Part shown: positions 1-11,766 of the stretch, one piece after another | Numbering within the stretch: position 1 is the stretch's first letter | Layout of the letters: every line of letters starts with the position of its first letter | Source of the DNA: an uncultured virus (IMG/VR IMGVR_UViG_3300021091_000023) | Lineage: Duplodnaviria; Heunggongvirae; Uroviricota; Caudoviricetes | IMG/VR virus record: IMGVR_UViG_3300021091_000023 | Direction: 5' to 3' (one strand) | DNA: 55,089 bases | Program-made: the position numbers and the translations under genes | Notes under the pieces: model-generated | What the model was told of the DNA's origin: nothing | Database searches by the model: none | The model's input: the letters and a program-made list of their open reading frames with translations, nothing else

Positions 1-1110
1 GGTGACGGCACATATAATACAGAAAAAAAAATATTTAGCATATATGATTTGAAATTTACTCCTGCTAGTATACAAACAGGGACTTATGGTAATTTTAAAA
101 GAATTATAACAATAACAAACAGTGCTGAAACACAATCAAGGTATTATATTAGATTACATAAAATTCTAACTAATCAAGATGAAACTTTTTTAACTAAAAT
201 GGCTTTTGAAAATAATCCGTTTCCTGTTAAGAAAAAATTAGAACTATCTGGACTGACACCCAATAACTTACAAAGAGTTTCAGTAAAAGACGGTAGACAA
301 TCTTACGGGTTTTCAATAAATAAAGACATTGATATTGATAATATTATTGATAATAACGGTAAACCAATTACCGAACTATTTGTAACTATTGTAAATAAAG
401 GATATGGTGGTTGGTTCAATAATCCAGCATTAGGTGCGAATAGCGCAATTGATATTGGATGGGAGTTTAATATAACAAAAAACCAAAATAACCCTTGGTG
501 GACACATAGCTCAACAATTAATAAAGACAGCATTCCTTTTTCATTTTACCAAAAAAATAATTATACTTTTTTTTATAATAAGACTTTAAATGTTGGTGAT
601 GTGTTGAAAGGTAGTTTTTGTGAATATAATGATATTGAACAAAAAGAATATGTTTTGTCAGACTTGTTTCATAAATATTCTTTCAATTATTTATTGTTTT
701 CTAATAGTCAAATTAATCAAAACATACAAATAGGTGGAGGATTTTTGAGCAATATAAATTTGAGTGGGTTATTATCAGATCCAGAATTACCACAAGGTTA
801 TTTATATAAACCACACTACTCAATACCGATAAAGTCTTTTAGTGATTATATAGAAACTGTACCAATTAATCAAATTAGTGACGTTCCATTTTACGCCTAC
901 TATTCAAATGACAGTCAGCAATTATTATGGAGAGATATATATGAATTTGGTTTTGTTGATAGTGACGGAATAGGACTCAATTACCCATTTATAAATAACG
1001 CACATTACCCATTTAAAGAAATATTATTTATGCAATACCCAATAAATAGAGATATTAATGGATTGACGGGATCGATAATAAACCAACCAACAACAGATAA
1101 CTGTGAATAA
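1..1110 (+). CDS. putative virion structural protein (5' truncated)
   Basis: Frame is open from base 1. Stop overlaps the next start (GTGA). Lies in the structural module; no recognisable catalytic motif. Confidence 0.6.
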   Translation, partial: GDGTYNTEKKIFSIYDLKFTPASIQTGTYGNFKRIITITNSAETQSRYYIRLHKILTNQDETFLTKMAFENNPFPVKKKLELSGLTPNNLQRVSVKDGRQSYGFSINKDIDIDNIIDNNGKPITELFVTIVNKGYGGWFNNPALGANSAIDIGWEFNITKNQNNPWWTHSSTINKDSIPFSFYQKNNYTFFYNKTLNVGDVLKGSFCEYNDIEQKEYVLSDLFHKYSFNYLLFSNSQINQNIQIGGGFLSNINLSGLLSDPELPQGYLYKPHYSIPIKSFSDYIETVPINQISDVPFYAYYSNDSQQLLWRDIYEFGFVDSDGIGLNYPFINNAHYPFKEILFMQYPINRDINGLTGSIINQPTTDNCE

Positions 1111-1936
1111 TAACTATTTTAGAAAAATACAAACAGTAAATGAACAATTTATCAATATCCCTATTGAGTTAACATTCGATATGGAAGGTAGAGAAGATTT
1201 AATAAGTCAATGGGATAATCAAGTCATAGAAGAAGTATTAAATCCAATTAATGATTTCGAAATAACAAAATTTGCACACAAAGAGTATTCTGATAATAAT
1301 ATATTAAAAACAGCAATAAACTACGAGTTTTATTTTTTTGATTATCTTATTGATTTAACGGCATCCACAATAACAAACTGGAATACCGATTATGAAAACG
1401 CATCTTTTACTGATAGTGAAATATATTATTTTGCAAATTCATTTAAAGGTAGTTTTTTCAAACTAGATTTTTATGATAATAACATAAGTGAAACACAAAC
1501 AATTTTATTAAGTGTAATTATACCGACACAACAAGGACTAAAAGAGACTGGAACTATCGGACCACCACTTAACCAAACACAAGTTGAGGTTAAAAAACCA
1601 AAATTTGTTTTAGACTATTCTGGTGCTGATAAAGAAGGTTTTTATATATATTGGTTAAAAGATAGGGGATATATTGATATAAACGAATTCTATGTAAGTG
1701 CTAAATTTTTTAACGCAAAAAAAGGTCAGTTCGTTAGATTATTAAACACACCACAATCATCTTTTGTTGGTAATAATAGATTTAATATAGATAAAACAGA
1801 GTATTTTTATTATAAGTACGAATTAAATTATTCAACAAATCAATACGAAGTCTATACTTACGATAATAATATCGGAAATACTCAAAGAGTCGGGACCACA
1901 ACACCCATAACTTGGTATGAATACGCAAACCCATAA
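1103..1936 (+). CDS. putative structural protein
   Basis: 277 aa ORF, translationally coupled on both sides. Confidence 0.6.
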   Translation: MNNNYFRKIQTVNEQFINIPIELTFDMEGREDLISQWDNQVIEEVLNPINDFEITKFAHKEYSDNNILKTAINYEFYFFDYLIDLTASTITNWNTDYENASFTDSEIYYFANSFKGSFFKLDFYDNNISETQTILLSVIIPTQQGLKETGTIGPPLNQTQVEVKKPKFVLDYSGADKEGFYIYWLKDRGYIDINEFYVSAKFFNAKKGQFVRLLNTPQSSFVGNNRFNIDKTEYFYYKYELNYSTNQYEVYTYDNNIGNTQRVGTTTPITWYEYANP

Positions 1937-3018
1937 TGGAATCAGAAAGAATAAATATAATTATATCACCTGAAGTTTTAAAAAAGGATTTGTTTACTTT
2001 AAATTATGATGGTGAATCATTTGGGTCATATTCTAGAATGTCACAAGTTTTAAGTAGTGGCGAGAACGGTAGTTCAATACTTACAGGACTAACGATACCA
2101 ATTTTATTTACTGAAACGTTTAATGATTTAGGTTTTTACGATGAATTTGACGGGTTTATTGATCAACAAGACACAATAAATAATTTTTTTATATCAGGAA
2201 ACCCAACATCACCTTACCAAGTTGTTATATATAATAGTGCCGGTTTCACAAATAATAATTATTTGGCTCTGTCTAACTATAATATTGAATGGGGTGACGG
2301 ATCGAGTGCAAGCACAGTAAACATAAAACAAAATATACAAGTACATTATTATACACCAACACCTCAAACATACACTATCAAAATGACTCAAAATAATATT
2401 TGGGGAACTACTGAGGTGATAAAATATGTTACACTACCATTTACCGGAGTTACTGTAGATAATGTTTTAGGTAATGTAACATTTACACAACAAGGTGGTA
2501 AGTGGTCAGGAATACCTTTGAATTATAACTATATTTTTACAGGAGATAGTAATAATAATGTCTCATCTCATTATTCAAGTGGCTATACACAAGTTCCTTT
2601 TATTGTCTCAGGATTTACAAACTCTAAACTAAATAGTCTTAGAAGATGGGGACCTAACCCATTTACCGTTGGTTATTTTATGAATGTTGGGAAAAATAAT
2701 ATAGGTTATGTTGAAGAAATAACCACCGATTATACAGCATACACAATTAATGATATAAGTTATTTTGATTTTAAAAATAAAACAACAATATATTTTGTTA
2801 ATTCTTCAGGGTTTACTTCTTTAGATTTAATAGCTTCGGGATTAACTAAAAATGAATTATTACTTGACTTTGTTGCAGATCCAGAAATCAGATCTGATGT
2901 TTATGTTGAAAGAGGTAAATATTCAGGTTTTGAACAACTACAAAGACTTGGTGAGGTTGACAACATTGGAGACTTAACAAGGTATGGTTATGGATTTTTC
3001 AAAATAAAAACAACATAA
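1936..3018 (+). CDS. putative structural protein with PKD-like beta motif
   Basis: YNIEWGDGS...HYY...YTI resembles a PKD/Ig-like motif; TAATG coupling. Confidence 0.6.
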   Translation: MESERINIIISPEVLKKDLFTLNYDGESFGSYSRMSQVLSSGENGSSILTGLTIPILFTETFNDLGFYDEFDGFIDQQDTINNFFISGNPTSPYQVVIYNSAGFTNNNYLALSNYNIEWGDGSSASTVNIKQNIQVHYYTPTPQTYTIKMTQNNIWGTTEVIKYVTLPFTGVTVDNVLGNVTFTQQGGKWSGIPLNYNYIFTGDSNNNVSSHYSSGYTQVPFIVSGFTNSKLNSLRRWGPNPFTVGYFMNVGKNNIGYVEEITTDYTAYTINDISYFDFKNKTTIYFVNSSGFTSLDLIASGLTKNELLLDFVADPEIRSDVYVERGKYSGFEQLQRLGEVDNIGDLTRYGYGFFKIKTT

Positions 3019-3034
3019 AAAACTCAATAAACTC

Positions 3035-3046
3035 TATTTATAAATA
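3035..3046 (+). promoter_or_regulatory. putative late promoter (TATTTAT overlapping TATAAATA)
   Basis: TATTTATAAATA just upstream of ATG 3053; the motif recurs before many virion genes. Confidence 0.55.
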
Positions 3047-3052
3047 AAAAAC

Positions 3053-3961
3053 ATGGCACTAGGTTCATATGGTATAGTAAGACCCGCAGACGTTTCACCA
3101 CAAGACGTTGAAATAATTTTGAATTACACTCCATCAAGAGACGTAACTAATGAATTCGTATTAAAAAAATTAGATACTGCAAGTATTTTTACACCTTATT
3201 TTCATAATTCAGATACTGGCGGAAATGCTAATGTTGAGATACTTGGAGGCCTTTACAATTTAAAATTACCCGCAAATGAATTTAACAAAATAGGTGTTTA
3301 CACTCTATATATCAGACCTGCAGAAATAAGGATGAGAATTGAGGATTGTGGAGTTTTATCTGCATTACCAACAGTAAAGGGTATTGTTTTAAACTTAAAT
3401 AATGTCCCACAAGAATTTAGAAATAAATTTACAAATCAAGGTTTAGTTGGGTATAGAGTAGAATATTTAAATTCAGACGGAACAAAAATACCTAATTTTT
3501 ATAGAATTATAACATCTTCATTTTTTTGTGAACCAGTAATAACAGACCAAGTTAACACATCACAAAAAGTTATTAGATATAAATACTTAGAAAATGTTAG
3601 TGATTTACTTTTTTGTACATTATCACCATCATCGTCACCAACAAATAAACCAAACGCAACTCCATTTATAGGTCAACCAAACCAAAGGATAATAATAACA
3701 AATACATTTTTCAATCCAATAACGTTGGATATACAAATGTCAGAACATGATATAGATACTTTAGCGATAGCTCTTTATGGTAATCAAACTAAGAGTATGG
3801 ATGACGGTATATATACTTTATATGATAGTGCAAACAACATTTACAAACAATATAACCTATTTGAGGTTAGAGATAATTTTAACGAGTTACTATACGAAGT
3901 AAGACAAGATAGAGGAACAAATATAGACTTTAGTAAAAACTTTACAAATATTATTAGTTAA
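3053..3961 (+). CDS. putative baseplate/structural protein
   Basis: 302 aa, follows the late motif, coupled to the next gene. Confidence 0.55.
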   Translation: MALGSYGIVRPADVSPQDVEIILNYTPSRDVTNEFVLKKLDTASIFTPYFHNSDTGGNANVEILGGLYNLKLPANEFNKIGVYTLYIRPAEIRMRIEDCGVLSALPTVKGIVLNLNNVPQEFRNKFTNQGLVGYRVEYLNSDGTKIPNFYRIITSSFFCEPVITDQVNTSQKVIRYKYLENVSDLLFCTLSPSSSPTNKPNATPFIGQPNQRIIITNTFFNPITLDIQMSEHDIDTLAIALYGNQTKSMDDGIYTLYDSANNIYKQYNLFEVRDNFNELLYEVRQDRGTNIDFSKNFTNIIS

Positions 3962-6948
3962 TGGCAAAAACTAAATTTATATGTCCACCGCAAGCCGCAG
4001 TAGGTACGAGCACTTTTTCTGATGATTTAGTCGGGTTGCAGCTTGTTGCGGGTGGTGGTTTAACTTTAGGTAATTTTCAATTTACAACAGCAGTAAGTGG
4101 AAGAAATAACAGAAGCTTTACGACAGGTGTTTTTTCTGAACCATTTAATTTAGAAAATATTAATATACCCACAATAGAACAGGCTAAATTAATAGTTCAA
4201 AAAAACTTTAGTGTATTTCCTAATTTTGACTTATCGCAAATTACTAGTTTTTCACTTTACGGTTCTTTGCAAAAAAGATTGGCCAGCTCAATAACTAAAA
4301 TAATTAATTACTTTCCTGCTGGTATACAAATTAATTCACAAAATTTAATTTTACAAACAGGAAATACGGCATTCAATATTACATATAACGAAATTGAAGA
4401 TGAAACTACCTTTGATTCTGATATCACATTTTTTAATAATCCATTTGATATAGATTATTCAGAAAATGCTAATATTAATATTTCAAATAGACCAATAGCT
4501 GTATCTAAATATAGAAATATTACTGACAATTTTTCTGATTTTTCACTTTATGTTGGTAATTTAAATAATGAATATAATGTTGTCGATTTTGAACCATCAC
4601 AAACTTTAACAGGTGGCACAGTCACATTAACGGTTAAGGGTAAACCATTCACTTCAACAACAACCACAACAACAATTTTAGTAAAACCAAACAATTTAAC
4701 AACAGAAAAAATATTCAAGGACGATTTTGATGAGGTTGAGGATTTTTTATTAAATAGAAAAATAAATCCAGCATATACCACAGTGTTTAAATACCCAGAT
4801 TATGATTCAGATGGTAATTATGTAATGTTCACTAAAGAAATAACTTGGAAATTGGATGGTTTTTGGAATTTAGATATAAGAACAAGTAAGTTTGATGATT
4901 ACTTACAAATTATTAATGAAGTTGCTGAAAATTTAGATGAATATAAAACTAATTTAATTAGTAGATTTTTAATATCGGGTTCATTAAAAGAATTTGATAC
5001 TGCAGATCAAAAAATAGAAAAGGTTCTACAACTATATGGTAGAAGTTTCGACGAAGTTAAAAAATTCATAGACTCATTAACATATATCACCTCTGTAAAT
5101 TATATAGTTGGTAACGACATACCGTCACAATTATTAGTAAATTTGGCACAAACATTAGGGTTTAACAAAAACATGTCACCAATCACTAATGATAGTTTAC
5201 TTGAAAGTATTTTTTCAACTACTAATCAAATAATTTATCCTGGACAAACAAAACAACAAACACCAACAGAATTAAATTATCAATATTATAGAAATTTGAT
5301 TTTGAATGCTGGTGAACTTTTTAGAACAAAAGGAACAAGAAAATCTATTGAATATATATTGAGAATGGTTGGTGCTCCTGAAGCACTTATTGAGTTTAAT
5401 GAATACATTTATATTGCAGATCAAAAAATATCAGTAGATGATTTTTATGAAAAATATGTAGAATTTTCAGGAGGAACTCAGTTCATATCACAACCATCAT
5501 ACTTAACAACTAATCTTTTTAAAATACAAGGGGTACAATATACGGGATTTTCTACCACAGGAACTTTAAGACAAACAAATTTAGATTTGATATATTACCC
5601 AATAAATTTAAAAAACGGTTATCCCGAAACACCAGTTTATACCGATGATTATTTTTTCCAAAAAGGAGCCGGATGGTTTGAAGTTACACCCGATCATAGA
5701 TCAACTGAGTTTATTGATACCAATCTTTCTAATTTTAATGTTACACCACCAATAATAAAAACATCTTTGAAACCATTTACCTACGGAGAGGAATACTTAG
5801 ATAGGTTTAGAAAATTCCCATTTATGGATTTTGGATATAATTTAACAAAAACAATAGATAATAAAAAATCTTGGGTTTCTACAGAAAACGGAATTAGAAG
5901 TAACAATCAAGAATTGTCACAAACAAGATATTACATTGAAGACGAAAAATTAAGTCTGAACGTCAAAAATATGGAAGTCTATTTGAATATGGGACAAGGT
6001 ATAACATACGATATATGGGAAATGTCCGCAAGGTTCGGTTACCCGATACCAAATTCGGGATTGACTGCACCTTACCCTAGTCTTGGATTAAATGATTGGA
6101 CAGTCATAAACCCAAAACCAAACAAAAAAACTTTTGCAGAGTTCGCTCAAACCTTTTATAATAATTTAATTAATGTAAGAAATAGACAAACAATTTCTGA
6201 TGGAAAAACAGGAGGTTATCCGACATTACAATCAATTTTTTGGAAATATTTGCAAACTGAAAACACAGTAAACATACCAACCAATAAATTCACACATCAA
6301 AAAATGATCGATTTTACTTTAGGTATTGGTGATTATTGGGTTAGATTATTGGAACAATTTGTTCCTGCGACAACCATTTGGAATGCAGGACAAAAAATGG
6401 ACAACTCAATTTTTCACAGACAAAAATTTGTTTGGAGAAGACAAAGAAGTTGTGAGTTAATACCTTTGGCTTGTATACCATGTGAGTATATTGGACAACC
6501 ATTTAATTATGATTGTATAGATCAAACAACGCAGTGTACACTACCGGTTTTCGATCCCGCAACAGTGCTTAATACAAAAGTAAATGATATAATTTCTTCA
6601 CAAGGTTACCTACCAAATCAATGTAATAGTAATACCACAATATCTACATGGGGAGTTATTGTTTCTTTGAAAGATATTATAACACAAAATGAAACTGAGT
6701 TAATTAATAGTGATTTTTTTGTTGGATACGGTCAAAACGCAACTGATCCAATAACAGGTTTACCTTTGAGTTATCCTAACATTTTAAATTATATAGATAA
6801 TGAAATGGAGTATTTATATCAAAGCGGATTAAATTATTATTTCATTGGAGGGAACTTAATTATAAGTAACTCTTCATGTTATGATAATTTTACAAATAAA
6901 CAACTAATTTTAAAAATTAGTTTGGACGTTCAAATTAATTGTGGGTAA
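3961..6948 (+). CDS. putative baseplate wedge protein
   Basis: [11 protein letters not shown]...[19 protein letters not shown] matches the KGT-containing motif of P2 gpI / baseplate wedge-like proteins. Confidence 0.6.
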   Translation: MAKTKFICPPQAAVGTSTFSDDLVGLQLVAGGGLTLGNFQFTTAVSGRNNRSFTTGVFSEPFNLENINIPTIEQAKLIVQKNFSVFPNFDLSQITSFSLYGSLQKRLASSITKIINYFPAGIQINSQNLILQTGNTAFNITYNEIEDETTFDSDITFFNNPFDIDYSENANINISNRPIAVSKYRNITDNFSDFSLYVGNLNNEYNVVDFEPSQTLTGGTVTLTVKGKPFTSTTTTTTILVKPNNLTTEKIFKDDFDEVEDFLLNRKINPAYTTVFKYPDYDSDGNYVMFTKEITWKLDGFWNLDIRTSKFDDYLQIINEVAENLDEYKTNLISRFLISGSLKEFDTADQKIEKVLQLYGRSFDEVKKFIDSLTYITSVNYIVGNDIPSQLLVNLAQTLGFNKNMSPITNDSLLESIFSTTNQIIYPGQTKQQTPTELNYQYYRNLILNAGELFRTKGTRKSIEYILRMVGAPEALIEFNEYIYIADQKISVDDFYEKYVEFSGGTQFISQPSYLTTNLFKIQGVQYTGFSTTGTLRQTNLDLIYYPINLKNGYPETPVYTDDYFFQKGAGWFEVTPDHRSTEFIDTNLSNFNVTPPIIKTSLKPFTYGEEYLDRFRKFPFMDFGYNLTKTIDNKKSWVSTENGIRSNNQELSQTRYYIEDEKLSLNVKNMEVYLNMGQGITYDIWEMSARFGYPIPNSGLTAPYPSLGLNDWTVINPKPNKKTFAEFAQTFYNNLINVRNRQTISDGKTGGYPTLQSIFWKYLQTENTVNIPTNKFTHQKMIDFTLGIGDYWVRLLEQFVPATTIWNAGQKMDNSIFHRQKFVWRRQRSCELIPLACIPCEYIGQPFNYDCIDQTTQCTLPVFDPATVLNTKVNDIISSQGYLPNQCNSNTTISTWGVIVSLKDIITQNETELINSDFFVGYGQNATDPITGLPLSYPNILNYIDNEMEYLYQSGLNYYFIGGNLIISNSSCYDNFTNKQLILKISLDVQINCG

Positions 6949-9701
6949 TGGCTTGTATTTCAGGGTATACTGATGAGATTTATTTTAGTTATTTTGATTG
7001 TTGCGGAAACATACAATCAGGTATTGGACCTTTATATCAATCTGTTTGTGCGGATCAGGCTCTTTCAGGTTCTTCGGTTGGTGTTTATTTAGACCCTTCA
7101 CTTGTTTGTACTGAGGATTGTGACACAGGACCATTAAGTTATAACTTTACAACAAGTGGTAATTGTGGTAATGTTTCTGCCGGAACAATAACTTTAAATG
7201 TTTATGGTGGATTTGGTCCATATACTGTTGATAATATTGTACCAGGTTCTTTATCCTCACAAACGTTTAATTCACAAGCAACATACACCGGACTAACAGG
7301 AGGTACGTATGTTTTTAGAATTAATGATAGTCAAGGAATACAAAATAATGAAATTTACTTCAATGCGATAATTTCAGAATGTTTTGAAGCAACAATAAGT
7401 GATGTCAATGGAACTAATTGTGGTTTAAGTGACGGGCAATTTACCGTAAACTCTACATCAAATAGTTCGCCATTTAAATTAATATTAAATAAAAATGGGT
7501 TATTTTCACAATATATTGAAACGGGATCATTACCATATCAGTTTACTGGTTTAGATTATGGTATATATGATGTAACTGTTTATGACTTTGGGTTTACTAC
7601 CGCAAAAACAGAAAATGTTGTTCTAAGTGCAAGCACAGAAATAGATTATGGTTTTTGGGTTGTAAATGCCGCGAACTGTGTGACAAATGGAGGTAAAGCC
7701 GCAGTCACAGGAACAACAGGTGTTGGTCCCTATAGTTATTTATGGTCTGATGGACAAACTACTCAATTGGCAACAGGATTGACTCAAGGAGTATACAGTG
7801 TACAAGTAACTGATTTTTATGGATGTGTTACAGAAAAAGACGTTTTGATAGGTCAGGCACAACCTTTAGGTATTGGGTTATTAACAAGCGTTAATCCATC
7901 TTGTAATGGTTATGATGGGTCAATCACAATTAATTTAACAGGAGGAACCGCACCATTTTTCTATTCTGCAAATACAGGAACCGTTGGTTATACTTTATCA
8001 AATTCTTTTACTTTAAATAACTTATCTAGTGGGTCTTACAATTTATTTATCAGAGACGCTAATTTCTGTCCATTAAATGCTTCTGTTTTTTTAACCGCAC
8101 AAAACGGTATATATAATGTCGCAAATACTGTAACAAATTCAATTTGTAATCAAAATTCAGGTTCAATATACACAACATTTAATGGACCATACGCGAATAG
8201 TTTTCTTTTAGGATTAACAGGACAAACAACTAATGAGGTTAGAAATATAAGCACCGCAAATCAAAATTATACATTTCAAAATTTACCAAACGATACTTAT
8301 ACATTGGTAATATCAGCACAAAATGGTACGTGTACTTATACTGATACAGTAACTGTAAATTCGCAAGAAAAATTTAATGTTAATATTTCAACAACAGGAG
8401 CCACTTGTGGTTCAGCTAGTGGTAATGTATTAGTAAATGTAGGTACGGGTTATACTAATTGGCAAACGGTAGGGTTATTAGATTATGTTTTAAGTAATGG
8501 TCAACAAGTTTATGATATTAGTTTAACATCGTTTACTTATAATAACTTGTCTGTTGGTCCATATACATTAACTGTGACAGATGAGGAAAACTGCTCAGTT
8601 ACAAAAACGTTTAACATAACTCAAGGCGGGTATTTAAACAGTTCTTTATTATCAAATGATTGTCAATTTGGAAATGATGGTAATGCGACTGTTTTAATAT
8701 TCGATGGAGAACCAACATTCACATATGATTGGTCACCAAATATACCTGTAGGACAATCAGGATCCACTATTAGTGGGATGTCAGGAGGAACATATTATGT
8801 GACAGTTACGGATAGTAGTGGGTGCACAAATTACCACACTTTTTACATTGATTGTACAAGCACTTTGGTTACTGGTTCAACAACATATAATCTTTGTAGT
8901 TCTAACTTTGTGACAACATCTGGAACAAAAAGAGGTATTAGTGAAATGATTAGTGAAGGTTATTTAGATTTAACATCAGGGTATACCAACTGTATTTTAA
9001 ATTCGGCGGATCTAACATGTTCTATAACAATCAACAATAGTGCGTTTACTCAAACATTTATCGTTACAAACGACGCAACATGGCAACAAACTATAGAGTC
9101 TATTTTATCAACAATTCCACAAGTCGGTTACTACTCAGTAGATTTATTAAATAACAAAATAACAATAAAGACTAATTGTGTAAATGGTTTGGTTGATCCC
9201 ATAGGTAACGGTAATTTTATTTTAGAATTAGATATAGTTTTTGACATTTCTTGCCAAGACATTATACCTACACCAACACCTACACCAACACCAAGTCCTA
9301 CACCAACACCAAGCCCAACACCAACACCAAGTCCTACACCAACACCAAGTCCTACACCAACACCAAGTCCTACACCGACTCCTACTCCTACACCTACATT
9401 TGCATCTATTCAATGGTTTGGATCTTACAATAGATACCCAAGTGCACTGTCGTTTGGTGCTTGCACAGAATCAAACTGTAGTGTAATTTACTATACAACA
9501 GGAAGTTCCATTAATAACGGTGATGTTATCTATACCAATCCGGCATTAACAATAAACGCAGGCTCGACAGCACAAAATTATCCACCATCACAAGGAGGCT
9601 ATGGGTTTATGTATTTAGATACCACATGCCCACCAACAGGTACTAGAAATGTGTTTAGACTTAATAATTTAGGAGTAGTGTCAAGTAAATTTATTTGTTA
9701 A
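6948..9701 (+). CDS. SprB-repeat fibre/adhesin-like virion protein with Pro/Thr linker
   Basis: Repeats such as [39 protein letters not shown] 6948 is coupled by TAATG. PT/SP linker near the C-terminus. Confidence 0.75.
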   Translation: MACISGYTDEIYFSYFDCCGNIQSGIGPLYQSVCADQALSGSSVGVYLDPSLVCTEDCDTGPLSYNFTTSGNCGNVSAGTITLNVYGGFGPYTVDNIVPGSLSSQTFNSQATYTGLTGGTYVFRINDSQGIQNNEIYFNAIISECFEATISDVNGTNCGLSDGQFTVNSTSNSSPFKLILNKNGLFSQYIETGSLPYQFTGLDYGIYDVTVYDFGFTTAKTENVVLSASTEIDYGFWVVNAANCVTNGGKAAVTGTTGVGPYSYLWSDGQTTQLATGLTQGVYSVQVTDFYGCVTEKDVLIGQAQPLGIGLLTSVNPSCNGYDGSITINLTGGTAPFFYSANTGTVGYTLSNSFTLNNLSSGSYNLFIRDANFCPLNASVFLTAQNGIYNVANTVTNSICNQNSGSIYTTFNGPYANSFLLGLTGQTTNEVRNISTANQNYTFQNLPNDTYTLVISAQNGTCTYTDTVTVNSQEKFNVNISTTGATCGSASGNVLVNVGTGYTNWQTVGLLDYVLSNGQQVYDISLTSFTYNNLSVGPYTLTVTDEENCSVTKTFNITQGGYLNSSLLSNDCQFGNDGNATVLIFDGEPTFTYDWSPNIPVGQSGSTISGMSGGTYYVTVTDSSGCTNYHTFYIDCTSTLVTGSTTYNLCSSNFVTTSGTKRGISEMISEGYLDLTSGYTNCILNSADLTCSITINNSAFTQTFIVTNDATWQQTIESILSTIPQVGYYSVDLLNNKITIKTNCVNGLVDPIGNGNFILELDIVFDISCQDIIPTPTPTPTPSPTPTPSPTPTPSPTPTPSPTPTPSPTPTPTPTPTFASIQWFGSYNRYPSALSFGACTESNCSVIYYTTGSSINNGDVIYTNPALTINAGSTAQNYPPSQGGYGFMYLDTTCPPTGTRNVFRLNNLGVVSSKFIC
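9266..9397 (+). repeat. coding Pro/Thr/Ser tandem repeat (6- and 18-bp units)
   Basis: ccaagtcctacaccaaca-type units encoding [12 protein letters not shown]. Confidence 0.95.
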
Positions 9702-9702
9702 C

Positions 9703-9990
9703 ATGCCATACTCAATAGATATAACATCACTAACAGGAGGTATTGCACCGATAAATATTTATGCTTGTGACGAATACGGAAATAATTGCACATTATTAGG
9801 CACATCACCTGGAATTTACGTATTACCAACATTGTTACAGACCGCTACTACCATTATGGTTAAATCGGTTGATAGCACGGGTTGTATTTACTTCAAAATT
9901 ATTTCTTGTGCTCCTGAAGATGAATATTTTATCCTTACAGAATTGGGTGATTTTTTAACAACAGAAGGTGGGGACGCGTTAGTTTTGTAG
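9703..9990 (+). CDS. small Cys-containing Ig-like structural module
   Basis: Paralogous to the N-terminus of 10009 and to 15478; C-terminal ILTELGDFLTTE motif. Confidence 0.65.
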   Translation: MPYSIDITSLTGGIAPINIYACDEYGNNCTLLGTSPGIYVLPTLLQTATTIMVKSVDSTGCIYFKIISCAPEDEYFILTELGDFLTTEGGDALVL

Positions 9991-9992
9991 TA

Positions 9993-10004
9993 ATAAATAT
10001 TTAT
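9993..10004 (+). promoter_or_regulatory. putative late promoter TATTTAT
   Basis: Palindromic ATAAATATTTAT ending 4 nt before ATG 10009. Confidence 0.45.
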
Positions 10005-10008
10005 TATT

Positions 10009-11718
10009 ATGATAATTAATATAACAGGAGATACTGGTGGTGTTGAACCATATGACGTTTTTTTATGTGAACAAACCAACTATAGTTGTTTTTATATATC
10101 GGGACTAACATCAATCCCAGGAACAGTTGAAATAAATAGCCAATATTATTTTCCAAATGAATATTTGTTATATTTGAAAATTGTTGACACAATTGGTTGT
10201 GTCAAATTATTCCCTTTAGATTGTGGTCAATCAAAATTTGAATCAACTTGGGATACAAAAAATCTTGGTGTTTCAGCGGCAAACCAAATACAACTTCCTT
10301 TGGAGTCTTCTGGAGCATATAACTTCTTTATTGAATGGGGTGATGGAAATTATGATACAATTACAGTTTGGAATGATCCTGCAACATTACATACATACAC
10401 AACACCTGGACTATACACAATAAAGATTTATGGACAAATAGAAGGTTTTAGATTTAATTATGTTGGTGATAGAGAAAAAATATTAAGTATTCAATCTTGG
10501 GGTTCTGATTTTAGATTGGGTAATAATGGTGGATATTTTTACGGTTGCACAAATTTAGATTTAAGTTCAGTTTCAGATATTTTAGATTTGACAGGAACTT
10601 TATCTTTGTCTTCTGCTTTTAGTGATTGTGCGTCTCTTACAACGGTCAACAATATGAATTTGTGGGATACATCTTCTGTTACAAATATGAGTTTAATGTT
10701 TTTGTATGCAACATCATTTAATCAACCAATTGGAACTTGGGATACATCTTCCGTTACAGATATGCTTGGTATGTTTTTTAATGCAACATCATTCAATCAA
10801 CCAATTGGAACTTGGAATACATCTTCTGTTACAAATATGCGTCAAATGTTTGAAGATGCAACATCATTCAATCAACCAATTGGAACTTGGAATACATCTT
10901 CTGTTACAGATATGAGTTTAATGTTTTTTAATGCAACATCATTTAATCAACCAATTGGAACTTGGAATACATCTTCCGTTACAGATATGCTTGGTATGTT
11001 TGCTAATGCAACATCATTTAATCAACCAATTGGAACTTGGAATACATCTTCCGTTACAGATATGCTTGGTATGTTTTTTAATGCAACATCATACAATCAA
11101 CCAATTGGAACTTGGGATACATCTTCTGTTTCAAATATGGGTACTATGTTTAATGGTGCAACATCATTTAACCAACCAATTGGAACTTGGAATACATCTT
11201 CTGTTATAAATATGGGTGCTATGTTTTTAAATGCAACATCATTTAATCAACCAATTGGAACTTGGAATACATCTTCTGTTACAAATATGATTGAAATGTT
11301 TCTAGACGCAACATCATTTAATCAACCAATTGGAACTTGGAATACATCTTCTGTTACATTTATGGATAATATGTTTAATGGTGCAACATCATTTAACCAA
11401 CCAATTGGAACTTGGAATACATCTTCTGTTACAGATATGAATAATATGTTTCAAAATGCAACATCATTTGACCAAGATTTGGGTTCTTGGGATGTTACAT
11501 CATTAACATCCGCAGCAAATATGTTTTTAGGTGTTACACTATCAACACCAAACTATAATTCACTACTTATTGGTTGGGCATCATATGGTGGTGCTTTACA
11601 ATCTAACGTTCCTTTTCACGGAGGCGGTTCTATTTATACAATAGCAATAGCTGGTGCTTCGAGAAATTATTTAACAGGAACAAAATTATGGACAATCACC
11701 GACGGAGGTGGAATTTAA
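10009..11718 (+). CDS. DUF285/BspA-like (PARCEL) repeat protein with PKD-like domain, putative receptor-binding protein
   Basis: 11 x 25-aa [25 protein letters not shown] repeats, preceded by FFIEWGDG, ending in WTITDGG. Confidence 0.85.
   Translation: MIINITGDTGGVEPYDVFLCEQTNYSCFYISGLTSIPGTVEINSQYYFPNEYLLYLKIVDTIGCVKLFPLDCGQSKFESTWDTKNLGVSAANQIQLPLESSGAYNFFIEWGDGNYDTITVWNDPATLHTYTTPGLYTIKIYGQIEGFRFNYVGDREKILSIQSWGSDFRLGNNGGYFYGCTNLDLSSVSDILDLTGTLSLSSAFSDCASLTTVNNMNLWDTSSVTNMSLMFLYATSFNQPIGTWDTSSVTDMLGMFFNATSFNQPIGTWNTSSVTNMRQMFEDATSFNQPIGTWNTSSVTDMSLMFFNATSFNQPIGTWNTSSVTDMLGMFANATSFNQPIGTWNTSSVTDMLGMFFNATSYNQPIGTWDTSSVSNMGTMFNGATSFNQPIGTWNTSSVINMGAMFLNATSFNQPIGTWNTSSVTNMIEMFLDATSFNQPIGTWNTSSVTFMDNMFNGATSFNQPIGTWNTSSVTDMNNMFQNATSFDQDLGSWDVTSLTSAANMFLGVTLSTPNYNSLLIGWASYGGALQSNVPFHGGGSIYTIAIAGASRNYLTGTKLWTITDGGGI
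10663..11487 (+). repeat. 75-bp coding tandem repeat, 11 units
   Basis: Nearly invariant gcaacatcatttaatcaaccaattggaacttggaatacatcttctgtt block alternating with variable codons. Confidence 0.95.
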
Positions 11719-11766
11719 TCATTTATTTATTAATATCATTTTTTATTTTTAAATTAAAAATATTAA

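Noticed and set aside
9228..9486. His/Gln-, Tyr/Thr- and Cys/Trp-rich alternative ORFs
   Set aside because: These are shadow frames of the PT repeat; the same applies to the alternate frames over the DUF285 array.
10663..11487. CRISPR-like alternation of constant and variable blocks
   Set aside because: The period is exactly 75 bp and in frame, the variable parts are homologous to each other and encode DUF285 repeats, and there are no cas genes.
10009..11718. Diversity-generating retroelement target
   Set aside because: No reverse transcriptase or template repeat in the window, and the variation is not adenine-specific.
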